Source: Chrysochromulina tobinii (Eukaryota). Taken from it: 45,021 nt of DNA. The DNA lies in NCBI GenBank assembly GCA_001275005.1, contig JWZX01001788.1, positions 1 to 45,021 on the forward strand, in the 5' to 3' direction. The notes beneath the pieces are model-generated. The model did no database searches, had not been told where the DNA came from, and saw nothing but the letters and a program-made list of their open reading frames with translations. Below, piece after piece: positions 10,383 through 21,061 of this stretch (its first letter is position 1; the number at the start of each line of letters is the position of its first letter). The position numbers and the translations under genes are program-made.

Positions 10383-11550
10383 TCATTCGGCCGTGTTGCG
10401 GATGATCCACGGATGGTGCTCCACGTCGTTGAGATGGATGCGCCCCTTCGGGTCCTTCACCAAAAACTTGCTGATCAGGTCCCGGGCGTCTTCGGTCACG
10501 TAGGCTGGCCACTTGATGTCGATCTGGGCGATCTTCTTGTACGTCTCGGAGGGCGTCGGATGCTCGAAGGGCGGGCTGCCCGTCAGGAACTCGTACATGA
10601 GCACGCCCAGGCTCCAGACGTCCACCTTCGAGTCATGCTCCTTGCCCTCGACCATCTCGGGCGGCAAGTAGTCGAGGGTGCCGCACAGCGTCTTCCGGCG
10701 CGAGTTGGGCGCGTGCACCGACCAGCCAAAGTCAGCAATCTTGAGGTCGCCCTTGAGGTCGAGCAGCAGATTCTCCGGCTTGATGTCGCGGTGGATGACG
10801 TGCTTGATGTGGCAGTAGTTGAGCGCGTGCGCGAGCGATTTGATGTACTTGGCTGCGCGCTTCTCGTCGAAGCGCTGGCTCTTCTGCAGCTCCTTGTAAA
10901 GCTCCCCCTTGGCGGCGAACTCGAGGATCAGGTAGATGCGCGTCTGGTCGTAGAAGTACCCGTACAGCCGCAGGATGTTCGGGTGTCGCAGGTGCGCCTG
11001 GATCTCGATCTCACGGCGCAGCTGGTGCTCGACGCCTGCCTTGCTCAGCTGGCTCTTGTAGAGCACCTTGAGGGCGACAATGAAGTGCGACTTCTTCTCG
11101 CGCGCAAGGTACACCTTGCCAAACTTGCCGCTGCCCAGCGGCTTGCCGATGTCGAAGTCGCTCAACGACCACTTGCGCACCTCTGGCTTTGCGCTGCCGG
11201 CGTTGCTCTGCGAGCGTCAACACACGAAGAAGAGCACACAGGTAAGTGCGCGTTCGGGGAATAATGATGCGGGGGCGGCGTAAGGTGAGTGCAAGCAGTG
11301 TCTCCGGTCGTACCGCGCCGCAGTTGCGCGGCAAGCGGCGGGAGGCTTGCAGGCCACCCAGCGCGCGCTCCCAAAGCAGTTGTCGGCGGCGCGCGCCGGT
11401 TTCAGAGCGGCAGGCAGGCGGGCGAGGCGGCCGAGGAAGGCAGGCCGACGAGGCGGCACATACCGAAGACTGCTGCGCGTTCGCTGCCGCTTCGGAGGTG
11501 ACCTTGAGGCCTGACATTGTGCTCGTAACCTCACCGATGGTCGAAGCCAT
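10383..11550 (-). CDS. AURK: Aurora kinase, ~303 aa; exons 11550-11464 and 11207-10383
   Basis: [87 protein letters not shown] are Aurora-family signatures. Confidence 0.95.
11208..11463 (-). other. conventional spliceosomal intron (256 nt) in Aurora kinase
   Basis: TCG|GTATGT ... TTGACGCTCGCAG|AGC; phase 0, in frame with the kinase ORF. Confidence 0.75.
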
Positions 11551-11985
11551 CGAGCCAATCGAGGCCTTCAAGCCGGACGAACAAAAAGCGGCACCGCCTT
11601 TTTCGTAAAAGGCGGTGTCGCCGCGCCGTGGTGGGCGGGCGCATTTGGGACTGGTTTTTTTCATCCGGTTTTTGGCTAGTTCACGTTCACGTTAAATTGC
11701 CATCTCGGCAAGACGCACAGCCACAGGTCCCGACCCGTGGAGACACAACGTGAAAATTTGGCAGTTTTTACAGGATGTCGATCGTTGGAGTCTGTACAAT
11801 TGTGAATGGAATCTCCCAGTGACAGGTTGATTGAACGATGCATACGGTACGGTACGGCCTGAGCTCAGAGAACGCGGAAGGGCTGTGGCCTGCGGCGCGC
11901 CGGCGCCGCTGTGGCCCTGTGCCCGTCCTCTCAGCTCCGCTGACCTCTGATCTGGCGCGCCCGTGGCTACCGACGCCTCGCCTCG

Positions 11986-14900
11986 TCACTCCTCGTAAAA
12001 GGAGAGTCGGTCGGCGAAGACATCGAGCACGAACACGAGATCGTCGGGCGCGACCTTGAAGAGCTGCTTGCATTGATCGTACAGCAGGAACTGGCCTGCG
12101 ATCAAGGCCCCGAAGAAGACACAGCGCGGCAAGAGCCCGCGGAACAGGCCAAGCGGGTCGGTGGCCAGCTGCGTGCTGAGCGCCTCGCCGAGCGAGAGCG
12201 GATCGGGCGTGCCCCGAGCATCGCTCGCACCCGCCACGTCGCCGCCGCCACCGCTGCTGCTGCTCTTGCGTCCTGCCTGAGTTTGCGTGAGGAGCGTGTC
12301 GGCGGGAGTCGAGATGGCGGCGGCCGACACGCCCGCGACGAGACCACCTGTGAGCGAGAGCAGCGCAGACGCGAGGGGCGTCTCCTGGCTCGCGGGCATC
12401 ATGGCCGCGAGCGCCTGCGTAGTCGCGTCGAAGACTACATACTTGGTGATCGAAAAGGGCATCTCTCGCAGCAGCAGCGTCGGCAGCGCCGAGTACAGCA
12501 GCGCGATGCCTCCTTCGTCCCAGAGCGTGCCCAGCCCGCGCCATGCCGAGTAGGCGTCGGGCGTCAACGCCACCACCGCCTGATTCGCGCCCGCGGCGGC
12601 GCGCTGGCCGTCGCTGTCGTCGTCGCCACGGCCGCTGCCGCCCTCACCGTTCGGCTCGGCCTCGTCCAGCGCCTCACGTCGCGGCGCCGTCCCGAGCGGC
12701 GCCGGCGCAAAGAGTGACGAGAGCGACGAGAAGCGCACGGCGGCGTCCCGAGCGCCGTCCCGAGCGGCGTACGACGTGCCCGCGGTAGCCAAGCTTGTAC
12801 CGGTAGCCGTGCTCCTCGACGCGTCGTTCCGGGCGTCGCTCGGGACGGCGCGACGGGCGAAGGTGGGCGGCGCGTCGCTGCGTCTCCGTGCCAAGTTGCC
12901 CAAGCCCTCGAAGAAGATGGTCGGCGCGTCGCGCTTGACTGCGACGAGCGCGACGCGCCGCTGGAGCTCTTCCAGCAGAGTAAGCGGCGGGGGCGGCGGC
13001 GGCGGCGGCGGCGGCGGCGTGGTCGCCGCCTTGATGGCACGGATCCGTAGAACTTCGAACGGGCAGGTGGCGAGGCAGGCTACGATGACGGAGCCGAGCG
13101 CGGCCGCGATGGAGACCTGGAGCGGATAGAGGGTCTGCGCCTGCGGGCCCACGAGGGCCGAGATGTAGCGGCGGAGGAACTCGTTGACGCCGAAGCCGCA
13201 ACCGCCGAGGAGCAGCCCTGAGAGGGCCGTGACGTCGAAGGAGGCGTACAGGCCACGCAGCCCACTCTCGCTGTACAGGGTCTGCAGCGCGGCGGGGAGA
13301 GAGGGGTAGCGCTGCTGGTCCGACTGCATGAGCGTCTTGGCGACGTCGAGCGGCACGAGGGTCGTGCGTACGAGGGAGGTGCATGCGGCCCCCGAGGCCG
13401 CGAACGCCAAGTACTGACGCGCGCTGAGCATCACCTCACGCTCCACTGGCGAGGTGCCCAACGGACCAAACGACGGGTCGAGACGAGACCTCGGCCTTGC
13501 GGGAGCCGTTGAAGTCGCCGTCGCCGCGGCGCGGAACTTGGCGGCGGAGCTCGCGTCGCCGGCAGCGGCGGCGCTGACGGCGGCGTCGTTGTCGTCCACG
13601 ATTTCAGCTGCGACGGCGGCCTCGTCTGCAGCCGCCTGGAGCTCTTCGGCGGCGCTCAGAGGCAGAGAGAAGACTGAGCGCCCAGTGGCGAAGTCGAACA
13701 CGCGCTCAGGTCGCGTCGTCGCGGGCAGGAGCTGCAGCAGCGAGCCCGAGACCGATCCAGGGCGGTAGGTTGTCGCGTAGGGCCCCATGCCGACCACCAT
13801 CGAGAAGTCCGCAAGCCCGCCCAAGACGACGTTACCCGTGGCGGCCGCGCCGTCCGGCTCGCCGCCGCACGCCTGCGGTGGCTCGATCCTGAGCACGAGT
13901 GGCTGGCCGGCCGAGTAGCCCGCGCCCGGAGAGTCGAGCACGAGCTGCGCCACGGAGCGCTCGAGTCGCACCACTCCCTGGGCGGAGATACCGTCGGCGA
14001 GGGGTACGCCTTGCTCGTCGCGCGGCGGCTCGATCGTCACGACGACGCTATTCGCGTCGCGCTCCGTGTAGCCATCGCCTGCGTACATCATCTCCACGGC
14101 GACCACGCGCCCGCCCTCGACGATCGCGATCGCCTCCGCCGGCCGCCCACCGTCCCGCGGAGGCGAGAAGCTCACTGCAGGTGCGCTCGAGTACCCTCCG
14201 CCGCTGTTGGTGAGCGTCACGCCCCGAACATTGCCACTGACCTCGAGGACCGCGCGGATCTGCGCCGGGGTCTTCATCTTGCCCAGACCGCCGTCGGGCG
14301 GCGTGAGCGTCACCTTGGGCGGCTCGGCCGACGTGTAGCCGCGCCCGCCGCTCGTCAGGAACACTTGGTTCACATGGCCGTTCTCGGCCTCTCCCAGCGC
14401 GTTCTCGATCAAGTCCGACGGCTGATTGGCGGCCGAGATGAGGCTAAAGAGGAGTGCGAGCTGCACCTTCGCGAGCGGCGTCTTACCATAGCGCGAGCGC
14501 ATGAGCGAAAAGAGCACGCGCACGCCCTGCTGACCCTGGTAGCGCACCAACCCGACCTCTACGGACTCCGAGAACTGGCCAAACTGCCGCTCGCGCACCG
14601 CTCGCAACGCCTCGCGGTTGAGGCCCACGGGCAGCTGACGTGACTGCTCGGCCCACCACGCGGCCGAGCCGCGGTCAAAGTTGAGCAGGAACCGCGCGAG
14701 GTACGTGATGAACCGCGGCTGGTAAGACGTCTTCTCTGTGAGTCGCGGGATCGACGAGCGCGGCTCCCATTCGAGCACGCCGTACGGAGCATAGGTGGGC
14801 AAGTCCTCCTCAGGCAAGTCCTGCTCGGCCAAGGCCGCGCTCGTGCATGCAGTCAGAGCCGCGGCGCCGAGGCCGATCACCTCACGCCGTCGAAGCGCCA

Positions 14901-15072
14901 TCATGCGCAGCACAGGGCATCGCCCTGGTGGCTCGCGCCGGAGGACGAAAGGCGAGACCTGGATGGCTAGCTGTCTGCTGTTGGAAGGTCGCACGGCCGC
15001 TGCCGGTGAGGGCGTGTGAAAGCCGGCGCTACTGCTCAGAAGCAGCGGCAGGACTGACAGCAACCGTGGCAT
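11986..15072 (-). CDS. mitochondrial-carrier-family (SLC25, phosphate-carrier-like) protein with a long N-terminal extension and probable plastid targeting
   Basis: Three Px[D/E]xx[K/R]-like carrier motifs (PLDVAK, PFEVLR, PADTLL) and LLREMPFSITKY. N-terminal signal peptide followed by SAG|F; RRREVIG..AALA segment; four GxGY beta repeats. Confidence 0.85.
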   Translation of the reverse strand: MPRLLSVLPLLLSSSAGFHTPSPAAAVRPSNSRQLAIQVSPFVLRREPPGRCPVLRMMALRRREVIGLGAAALTACTSAALAEQDLPEEDLPTYAPYGVLEWEPRSSIPRLTEKTSYQPRFITYLARFLLNFDRGSAAWWAEQSRQLPVGLNREALRAVRERQFGQFSESVEVGLVRYQGQQGVRVLFSLMRSRYGKTPLAKVQLALLFSLISAANQPSDLIENALGEAENGHVNQVFLTSGGRGYTSAEPPKVTLTPPDGGLGKMKTPAQIRAVLEVSGNVRGVTLTNSGGGYSSAPAVSFSPPRDGGRPAEAIAIVEGGRVVAVEMMYAGDGYTERDANSVVVTIEPPRDEQGVPLADGISAQGVVRLERSVAQLVLDSPGAGYSAGQPLVLRIEPPQACGGEPDGAAATGNVVLGGLADFSMVVGMGPYATTYRPGSVSGSLLQLLPATTRPERVFDFATGRSVFSLPLSAAEELQAAADEAAVAAEIVDDNDAAVSAAAAGDASSAAKFRAAATATSTAPARPRSRLDPSFGPLGTSPVEREVMLSARQYLAFAASGAACTSLVRTTLVPLDVAKTLMQSDQQRYPSLPAALQTLYSESGLRGLYASFDVTALSGLLLGGCGFGVNEFLRRYISALVGPQAQTLYPLQVSIAAALGSVIVACLATCPFEVLRIRAIKAATTPPPPPPPPPPPLTLLEELQRRVALVAVKRDAPTIFFEGLGNLARRRSDAPPTFARRAVPSDARNDASRSTATGTSLATAGTSYAARDGARDAAVRFSSLSSLFAPAPLGTAPRREALDEAEPNGEGGSGRGDDDSDGQRAAAGANQAVVALTPDAYSAWRGLGTLWDEGGIALLYSALPTLLLREMPFSITKYVVFDATTQALAAMMPASQETPLASALLSLTGGLVAGVSAAAISTPADTLLTQTQAGRKSSSSGGGGDVAGASDARGTPDPLSLGEALSTQLATDPLGLFRGLLPRCVFFGALIAGQFLLYDQCKQLFKVAPDDLVFVLDVFADRLSFYEE

Positions 15073-15368
15073 CCGCCCCTTGTGCCCCTTCCGATTCTTT
15101 CGCCCTCGACTTCGTGGTCTCGGAGGTTCCCAGGAGACTTCGCGGAAACTTTTTTCCCCTTAATCGTCAGTTATGTTTCAAACCCCCGATCCAAGTCAAG
15201 CCACTTCAAGTCCACTGCGAGCCTCGTGAGCACATTCGATAGGCTTCCTTAAAGATGTCTGTTGTTTATGTAGATTGTCGAAGTAGATTGTAGTAGACTT
15301 CAGACTTGACCCCGCGATCCACTCGCACGCGCCTTCGAACACAAAGCTACCGGTAAACACATCACACC

Positions 15369-16478
15369 TTAGAGCTGCTCGTAGCCGACGACGGGGACGA
15401 CCCTGGGCGGCGGGCGGTCATACGGGTCGGGCACGAGCTTGTAGGGCTCGAGCTCCGAGGGCTGGATGGCGCAGCAGCGGTCCATGACGGTGAGCCGCTT
15501 GGCCCCGTGCTTGCGCCCCTTGATGTGCTCCTTGGTCGTCATCCCACCGATGACCAGGGCGAGGTGGTACGCCGTGAATCCCCACATCATCATCCCCATC
15601 ATCATCGAGAAGGCGACCAACGAAAAGTTGATCAGGCGCCGATTACCATCGAGGGGTTCTTTGAGCGGTTTGCCGAGGACGGTGCCGTGATTATCGGCGA
15701 CGGTCCCCAGCAGCATGCACCCGCACAGCAGCACAGCGAGCGAGAGCGAGAGCGAGCTGAGGAAGCAGATGAAGAACCCGTAGTTGCGCGCGCCGATGCA
15801 GTTTCGCGTAAACGGGCAGTGGTGGTCAAAGTCCCGCACGCAGTTGTCGCAGTCCTGGCAGTGCGTCGCGCGCGGCGGCCGGTAGATGTGGCACGTGGTG
15901 CACCATGTATCGGTCTGCACGTTGCCGTACTCGTCTGTACGGTTACGGTACATGGGCGGCTGCGGCTGCTTGAGCACTTGCGGATCCGGGTTGCGTGGTA
16001 AGATGCCCGGGTCGGTGAACGATGTGATGAGCAAGAAGATGATGCTCGAGCCGAAACACGCGGCCGCAACTCCAGTAAACAGCGGTGGAAGCGTCTCGGT
16101 GAGCTCGGTGCCCCAGACGTAGAAGAAGAGCACCATCGGCGTAATCATCGTCAGCCACGCACACGTGTTCGGCCCGACATCCTCCTCCGGGCCGGTCATG
16201 CAGGAACCAAAACAGCAGAAGACGTTTTTCGCGGGCCAGACCGTCCAGGCATGAACTAGCCGCACGGGGCGATGCCTAGGTGGCAATCCCCGCGTGGAAG
16301 CTGCTGCTGTGGGTGTGTGGAGGTCATGATCCTCCACGTAGAGGCCATCTTCCAGCAGAGTGAGCGGCGGCAATGAGGCGGCCGATTTGCGCGCACGCTC
16401 CACATATTCCGTGGTCGGAGCTCGTGTTTCGGGGGCGGAGCCGTACGCGGCGGCTGCTGCCGCATTGCTCATGAGCAT
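15369..16478 (-). CDS. DHHC palmitoyltransferase (ERF2/ZDHHC9-like)
   Basis: TDPGILPR, WCTTCHIYRPPRATHCQDCDNCVRDFDHHCPFTRNCIGARNY, GMTTKE, four TM segments; start taken as ATG 16478. Confidence 0.93.
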   Translation of the reverse strand: MLMSNAAAAAAYGSAPETRAPTTEYVERARKSAASLPPLTLLEDGLYVEDHDLHTPTAAASTRGLPPRHRPVRLVHAWTVWPAKNVFCCFGSCMTGPEEDVGPNTCAWLTMITPMVLFFYVWGTELTETLPPLFTGVAAACFGSSIIFLLITSFTDPGILPRNPDPQVLKQPQPPMYRNRTDEYGNVQTDTWCTTCHIYRPPRATHCQDCDNCVRDFDHHCPFTRNCIGARNYGFFICFLSSLSLSLAVLLCGCMLLGTVADNHGTVLGKPLKEPLDGNRRLINFSLVAFSMMMGMMMWGFTAYHLALVIGGMTTKEHIKGRKHGAKRLTVMDRCCAIQPSELEPYKLVPDPYDRPPPRVVPVVGYEQL

Positions 16479-16948
16479 GCGCGAAAAGATAACGCGCCGC
16501 CGCGGGCACGGAGGGATCGGCCACTGGGGCAAGCCGCTGGGGATCGCCGCTGGCTGCGCCGTTTAGTCATCACATGCACATAGAGTGTTGAGCTCCGACC
16601 TCACGCACGACCTGGACCTCACACATCCCCCTCGCTCTCACAACTCAAGTCACACGCCATGCCCATCCCCATGTGAGCCACCTCTTGCCCGTACGAAAGC
16701 GTCTTTGTGCGCCGTGGGCGGTCTCCTCTCTCGACTGTCGTCCTCTCCCCGCGTCCCGCTGCTGAGTTGTCGCTCTGCTGTCTCTCCTCCGATCCATCGT
16801 GCTCGAAGCGTTGTCATGGGCGTTGTCAGGGCCATCGCGGCACCTCGCCGCCCACCGTCCGCTCGCAGAGGGCGACGATCCCCGCTGCCGCCCTCTCCCT
16901 GGCTGCTGCTCTCTGGCTCGCACGCCCGGGGGGCTCAACGCCGCCGAG

Positions 16949-18775
16949 CTACGCGCCGCCGATGGCCTGGAGCACGAAGGAGGAGGCGCCGATGACGACC
17001 GCGTCACCGGCCGTCACTTCGGCCGCTTCGGATCCGAGCACGCGGCCGTTGAGGCGCGTGCCGTACGTCGAGCCCAGGTCACGCAGGAAGAGACGCCCGT
17101 CGCGCACCTCAAGCTGCAGGTGGCGCCGGGAGATCTGGTCGTCGCGAGAGAGAGTGACGTCGCACGACGATGAGCGGCCGATCAGCAGGGTCTTGGGCGC
17201 ACAGCCCGGCACGCGCGTCGCGCCCGGTAGCGCGATGATCTCGCCGTGGTACTCCCCGTCGGTGCCGAGCAGCTGCAGCTGCGGCTCGCTCTTGTCTGCG
17301 CCCCCGGCTTTGGCCGCCTGCTGCGCGGGCTGCACGGCCTCCTCGGCGGCGGGTGTCCAATCACCGCTGCCCTGGGCTCGATCACGCCGGCGGGGTGCGG
17401 AGAAGATGTCCTTGAGCTCGCACGTGCGCTGGTTGGGCAGCGGGTGGAAGACCTCATCGGGGTTGGCATGGTCGCGCTGGCGCAGTAGCGAGGCAGTCAG
17501 GTTCTCGGCGCGCGTCCACTCGGCGGTGTTGTCGCACACGATGTCGCGCGCGTCCGCTTCCTTGCCACCCTTGGCCGCCGCCGCCGCACTCGCCGCAGCC
17601 GTCAGCGCCGGTGGCGCTGCAGTCGTCGGCGCCGCTGCGGTCGTCGGCGCCGGTGGCGCTGCAGCCGTCGGCGCCGGTGGCGCTGCAGTCGTCGGCGCCG
17701 ACGGTGCTGCAGCCGTCGGTGCCCGTGACGCCCCTACGATCGGCTTTAGCGCGCCCTCGAAGCGCACCTTCGCCTTTGCGTCGATCATATTAGGCTGCGC
17801 GCTGGCGCCCGTCGGCTCACTCGCCGCCGAGTGCGTCGTCGTCGTCGCCGACGGCCCCTCCACGCGCGAGCTCGCAGCGGTGGAGATCGGCGCGCCGGCA
17901 TACGACGGCGGCACCGCGGCAACAGGAGCGACCCGCGCAGAGGACGAGGTCAACGGGACGCCGCCCGCTGCGGCGCCGGTGCCCGCGAGCTGGACGGTGT
18001 CGTCGAGGCTGCTCTGCGCCGCAGCGAGCGCCCGTTCGCGCGCGGCCAGACCCTCCAGCTTGCGCGCGGCCTCGGCCTCGCGAGCCGTTACCTCGGCCTC
18101 GCGAGTTGCCAGCTTGTTGCGCGCGTCCGCGAGGGCGGCCTCCTCCTTCACGAGCGCCGCCTCGCGCTCGCAGACTTCGCGCTCGCGCCGCTCGAGCGCC
18201 GCACGCCGGGCTGCCTCCGAGGCACTCTCCGCCTCTTCCCTGATCGAGGCCACCTTCGGAACATCCGCCGGCTTGCTCGGCGCGGCGGCCGCTTCCGGCG
18301 CAGTCGGCGCCGCAGCTGTGGTGGTGGCCGCAACGGTGGCAGCAGCGGCAGGCTTGTGCGTCTCCCCAGGCTTTGGCTTGTGCGTCTGGCTGAGCGCGGA
18401 CCACATGGCATGCTTTCCCTCGGCGAGCCCGGCGATGCGCCCGTTCAGGCGCTCGAGCTTACGCTTGTTCTCTGCATCCTGCGCCTCGAACTGCTCGCGG
18501 ATGCGGTCGAGCTGCTGCCGTCCGTCCTGCTGCAGCTGGTTGAGCCGCTCGTCGAAGTTGGCGGTTTGCTCAAACGCGGCGGTGAGTCCGGCCGCGGGGC
18601 GCGGGGCCTCCGCGGGGACGAGCACCTCCTCAGGCACAGGCAGTGCGTCGTCCACCTCAGCCTGGCTGTAGTCCAGCGTGCGCACCACACGCTTGGCGCT
18701 CCCCTGCTTCCAAGGGTTGGGCGAGTTGGAGGTGCCCCAGCCGAGATCGCGCAGCGTGCTCCTGTGGCGGCCCAT
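16949..18775 (-). CDS. INCENP-like protein: coiled coil, IN-box (Aurora-binding) motif and C-terminal FHA domain
   Basis: AEWTRAENLTASLLRQRDHANPDEVF...CELKDIF...RRRDRAQGSGDWT resembles the IN-box. LLIGRSSSCDVTL..DDQISRRHLQL...LRDLGSTYGTRLNG is a clear FHA domain. Confidence 0.8.
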   Translation of the reverse strand: MGRHRSTLRDLGWGTSNSPNPWKQGSAKRVVRTLDYSQAEVDDALPVPEEVLVPAEAPRPAAGLTAAFEQTANFDERLNQLQQDGRQQLDRIREQFEAQDAENKRKLERLNGRIAGLAEGKHAMWSALSQTHKPKPGETHKPAAAATVAATTTAAAPTAPEAAAAPSKPADVPKVASIREEAESASEAARRAALERREREVCEREAALVKEEAALADARNKLATREAEVTAREAEAARKLEGLAARERALAAAQSSLDDTVQLAGTGAAAGGVPLTSSSARVAPVAAVPPSYAGAPISTAASSRVEGPSATTTTHSAASEPTGASAQPNMIDAKAKVRFEGALKPIVGASRAPTAAAPSAPTTAAPPAPTAAAPPAPTTAAAPTTAAPPALTAAASAAAAAKGGKEADARDIVCDNTAEWTRAENLTASLLRQRDHANPDEVFHPLPNQRTCELKDIFSAPRRRDRAQGSGDWTPAAEEAVQPAQQAAKAGGADKSEPQLQLLGTDGEYHGEIIALPGATRVPGCAPKTLLIGRSSSCDVTLSRDDQISRRHLQLEVRDGRLFLRDLGSTYGTRLNGRVLGSEAAEVTAGDAVVIGASSFVLQAIGGA

Positions 18776-19016
18776 CTCGCCGCGAGCACAGAGGTCGAGT
18801 CCGAGAGGACGAAGAGGTCAGCCTCTGGCTGCCTCTTTCAGCCGGTTTGAAGCGAGCGGAAAAGAAAGCGTGCCGGAACGGCGCCACAAATTCACACATA
18901 TAAACAAACACACACACAAAGGTAACCCGAAAAAAACCCAAGCTCAAAGTGCGTAAGAAAAAGTAGATGCAGGTATTTTATGAACTCTTCACAGCTACAT
19001 GTAGTTTTCCGTATTA

Positions 19017-19932
19017 ATGGCGTCGTATGACGTCACGCTCTCAGCGAGCTCGCGCGCGTCGATCGCGCTCGTGCAGCGCGCCGGCGCGACCGTCGTGGCC
19101 GCGTGCGACCCGTCCGATGCTGCCGCAGCACACCTCGCAAGCGGCGACGTCGTCCTCTCCATCAACGGGGTCCGCGTCGTCGCTAGTGAATGGCCGCCCG
19201 ACCTCCTCGATGCCGAGTCGGCCGACGAGCCGCTCGTCATGCGCGTGCACCGGCCTGCGATCGCGGCGCTCGCCGAATCGGCCGCCGCCAGCGCCCAGGC
19301 GGACGTTAACTCCGACGCACCGTTGCTCGGCGGTTCCTTTGGTGGCTATGGTGTCACCCCCGCCAACTTCTCCATGCCGTGCAACGTGCTCAGGCTGCCC
19401 GACGGTGACGTGCTCGTCGCCGACGCCGGTGGCTGCCGGCTGCAGGTCTGCTCGGCCAATGGCGAGCTACGCCGCGTGCTGCGCTGCGGGCGTGGCCACG
19501 AGCTCAACTACCCGGCTGGCCTGTGCCTCGCTGCCGACGGCACGTCCGTCTATGTGGCCGATCGAGGCAACTGCCGCGTGCAGCTACTGCGGCTGTCCGA
19601 TGGCCAGTCGCTTGCGAGCAGCGGCGACGGCGCCGTCGAGGCGGCGGGCGAAGAGCTCCTCAACTACCCTTGGGGTGTGGCGCTGCACAACGGGCGCGTA
19701 TACGTGACTGACATGCGAGGGCGGCTCATGGCACTCGACGCTCTCACGCTACGGCCGCTCGCCTGCTGGCAGCCCATAGGGTTGCATGCTGGCAGCACGC
19801 CCTCGAATGCATGCAGGCAGCCGGCGGTGCCGCGGCCACCGCACGAGAGCTCCATCTCGCTCGAGCAATCTCAATCTCAATCTCAATCTCAATCTCACGA
19901 GAGCTCAATCTCAAACGAGAGCTCAGTCTCTC

Positions 19933-20003
<71 letters not shown>

Positions 20004-20594
20004 CAGGAGGAGCAGTGGGCGCAGCAGGGCGACTCGCGTGCAGCGTCCGACGGCGAGGACCCTCTTGGCACGCCGACCGCACTCGCTAGCCCGCACGCCA
20101 TGGTCGCGGCCGGTGATGAGCTCTACATCGCGGAGTACGACGCTCACTGTGTGACGGTGCTCACCATGGCGCTCACCTTGCCGCATGCCGGCATCGAGGA
20201 TGCGTCCCTGCCGGCGTACGGTCTGCTGTGGGACGGGAGCGGTCGCGGCTGCCGTTGTATTGGGCGACGTGGCACGGCGCCCGGAGAGTTTGTGAACCCT
20301 GTCGGCGTGGCGGTGCACGAGCGGACCCTCTTCGTGTCCGAATTCACAGGGCGACGGCTGCAGGCGCTCACGCTCGGCGGCGTGCCCTTGTACCTGATCG
20401 CTGCACCATCTGGCGCGCGGCTACTCGGGCTGTGCGTCGGCCCCGAGCGCATCCACGCGGGCGACTTTGACAGCGATCAGGTGCACTGGTGGAGGCGGCC
20501 CGATGCATCGGTGGCGGTGGCGCCGCTGCGGCCGACACAACGCTCACAGGCGCGACGCTCGTCGTTTGAGGAGGACGATTTTAAGATGGTCTGA
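19017..20594 (+). CDS. NHL-repeat (beta-propeller) protein with an N-terminal PDZ-like segment
   Basis: LASGDVVLSINGVRV (PDZ-like); LNYPAGL..VYVADRGNCRVQ, LNYPWGV, GTAPGEFVNPVGVAV (NHL repeats). Confidence 0.85.
19842..20012 (+). repeat. in-frame microsatellites (CAATCT)n, (CAG)n, (CAGGAG)n
   Basis: Encode SQSQSQ, poly-Q and QEQEQE within the NHL protein. Confidence 0.9.
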
Positions 20595-21061
20595 GCCCCA
20601 AAGTCACAGCGATGCGACAGCTGCTGAGAAATTGAGAATACCGGGAAAAGCGTCGTCCGTTGAGATCGATAAACATTTATCGCACCTTCCTCAGAACGAT
20701 CGTACACAAGTTAGGGTTGACAAGTAAGGGTGTCCTGCTGCTGCTGCTGCTGCCGCCCAATTGGCTGTCCCTAGAGCACATCCCTCCGCAGTCCGCAGCT
20801 CCGCACCGGAACGGTCCGGAAGACGTGCCATCTGCTCAGCAGCAGATGGTCCCAAGGGCACGTGCAGGATCATGGGACGAAACACGATATACCCCAAGCT
20901 CACCCACGAGGCTCATTTACAAATTCCAAATTTGGAACGCGGTTTGAAAGGACGACGCGAGAGGAAGTGCGGGTCGACCTCATCTTCCTCGTCGCCTAGC
21001 TCCTCGGCGCGCTGCTCGACCAACTCGCCGTGCACTATCGCCAGCTTCATCAACCGTGCAT

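Noticed and set aside
9985..10387. Two same-frame minus-strand ORFs separated by one TGA (10279-10281), a possible selenoprotein
   Set aside because: No Sec-type motif (UxxC/CxxU), no recognisable homology or SECIS; it lies in the Aurora 3' region.
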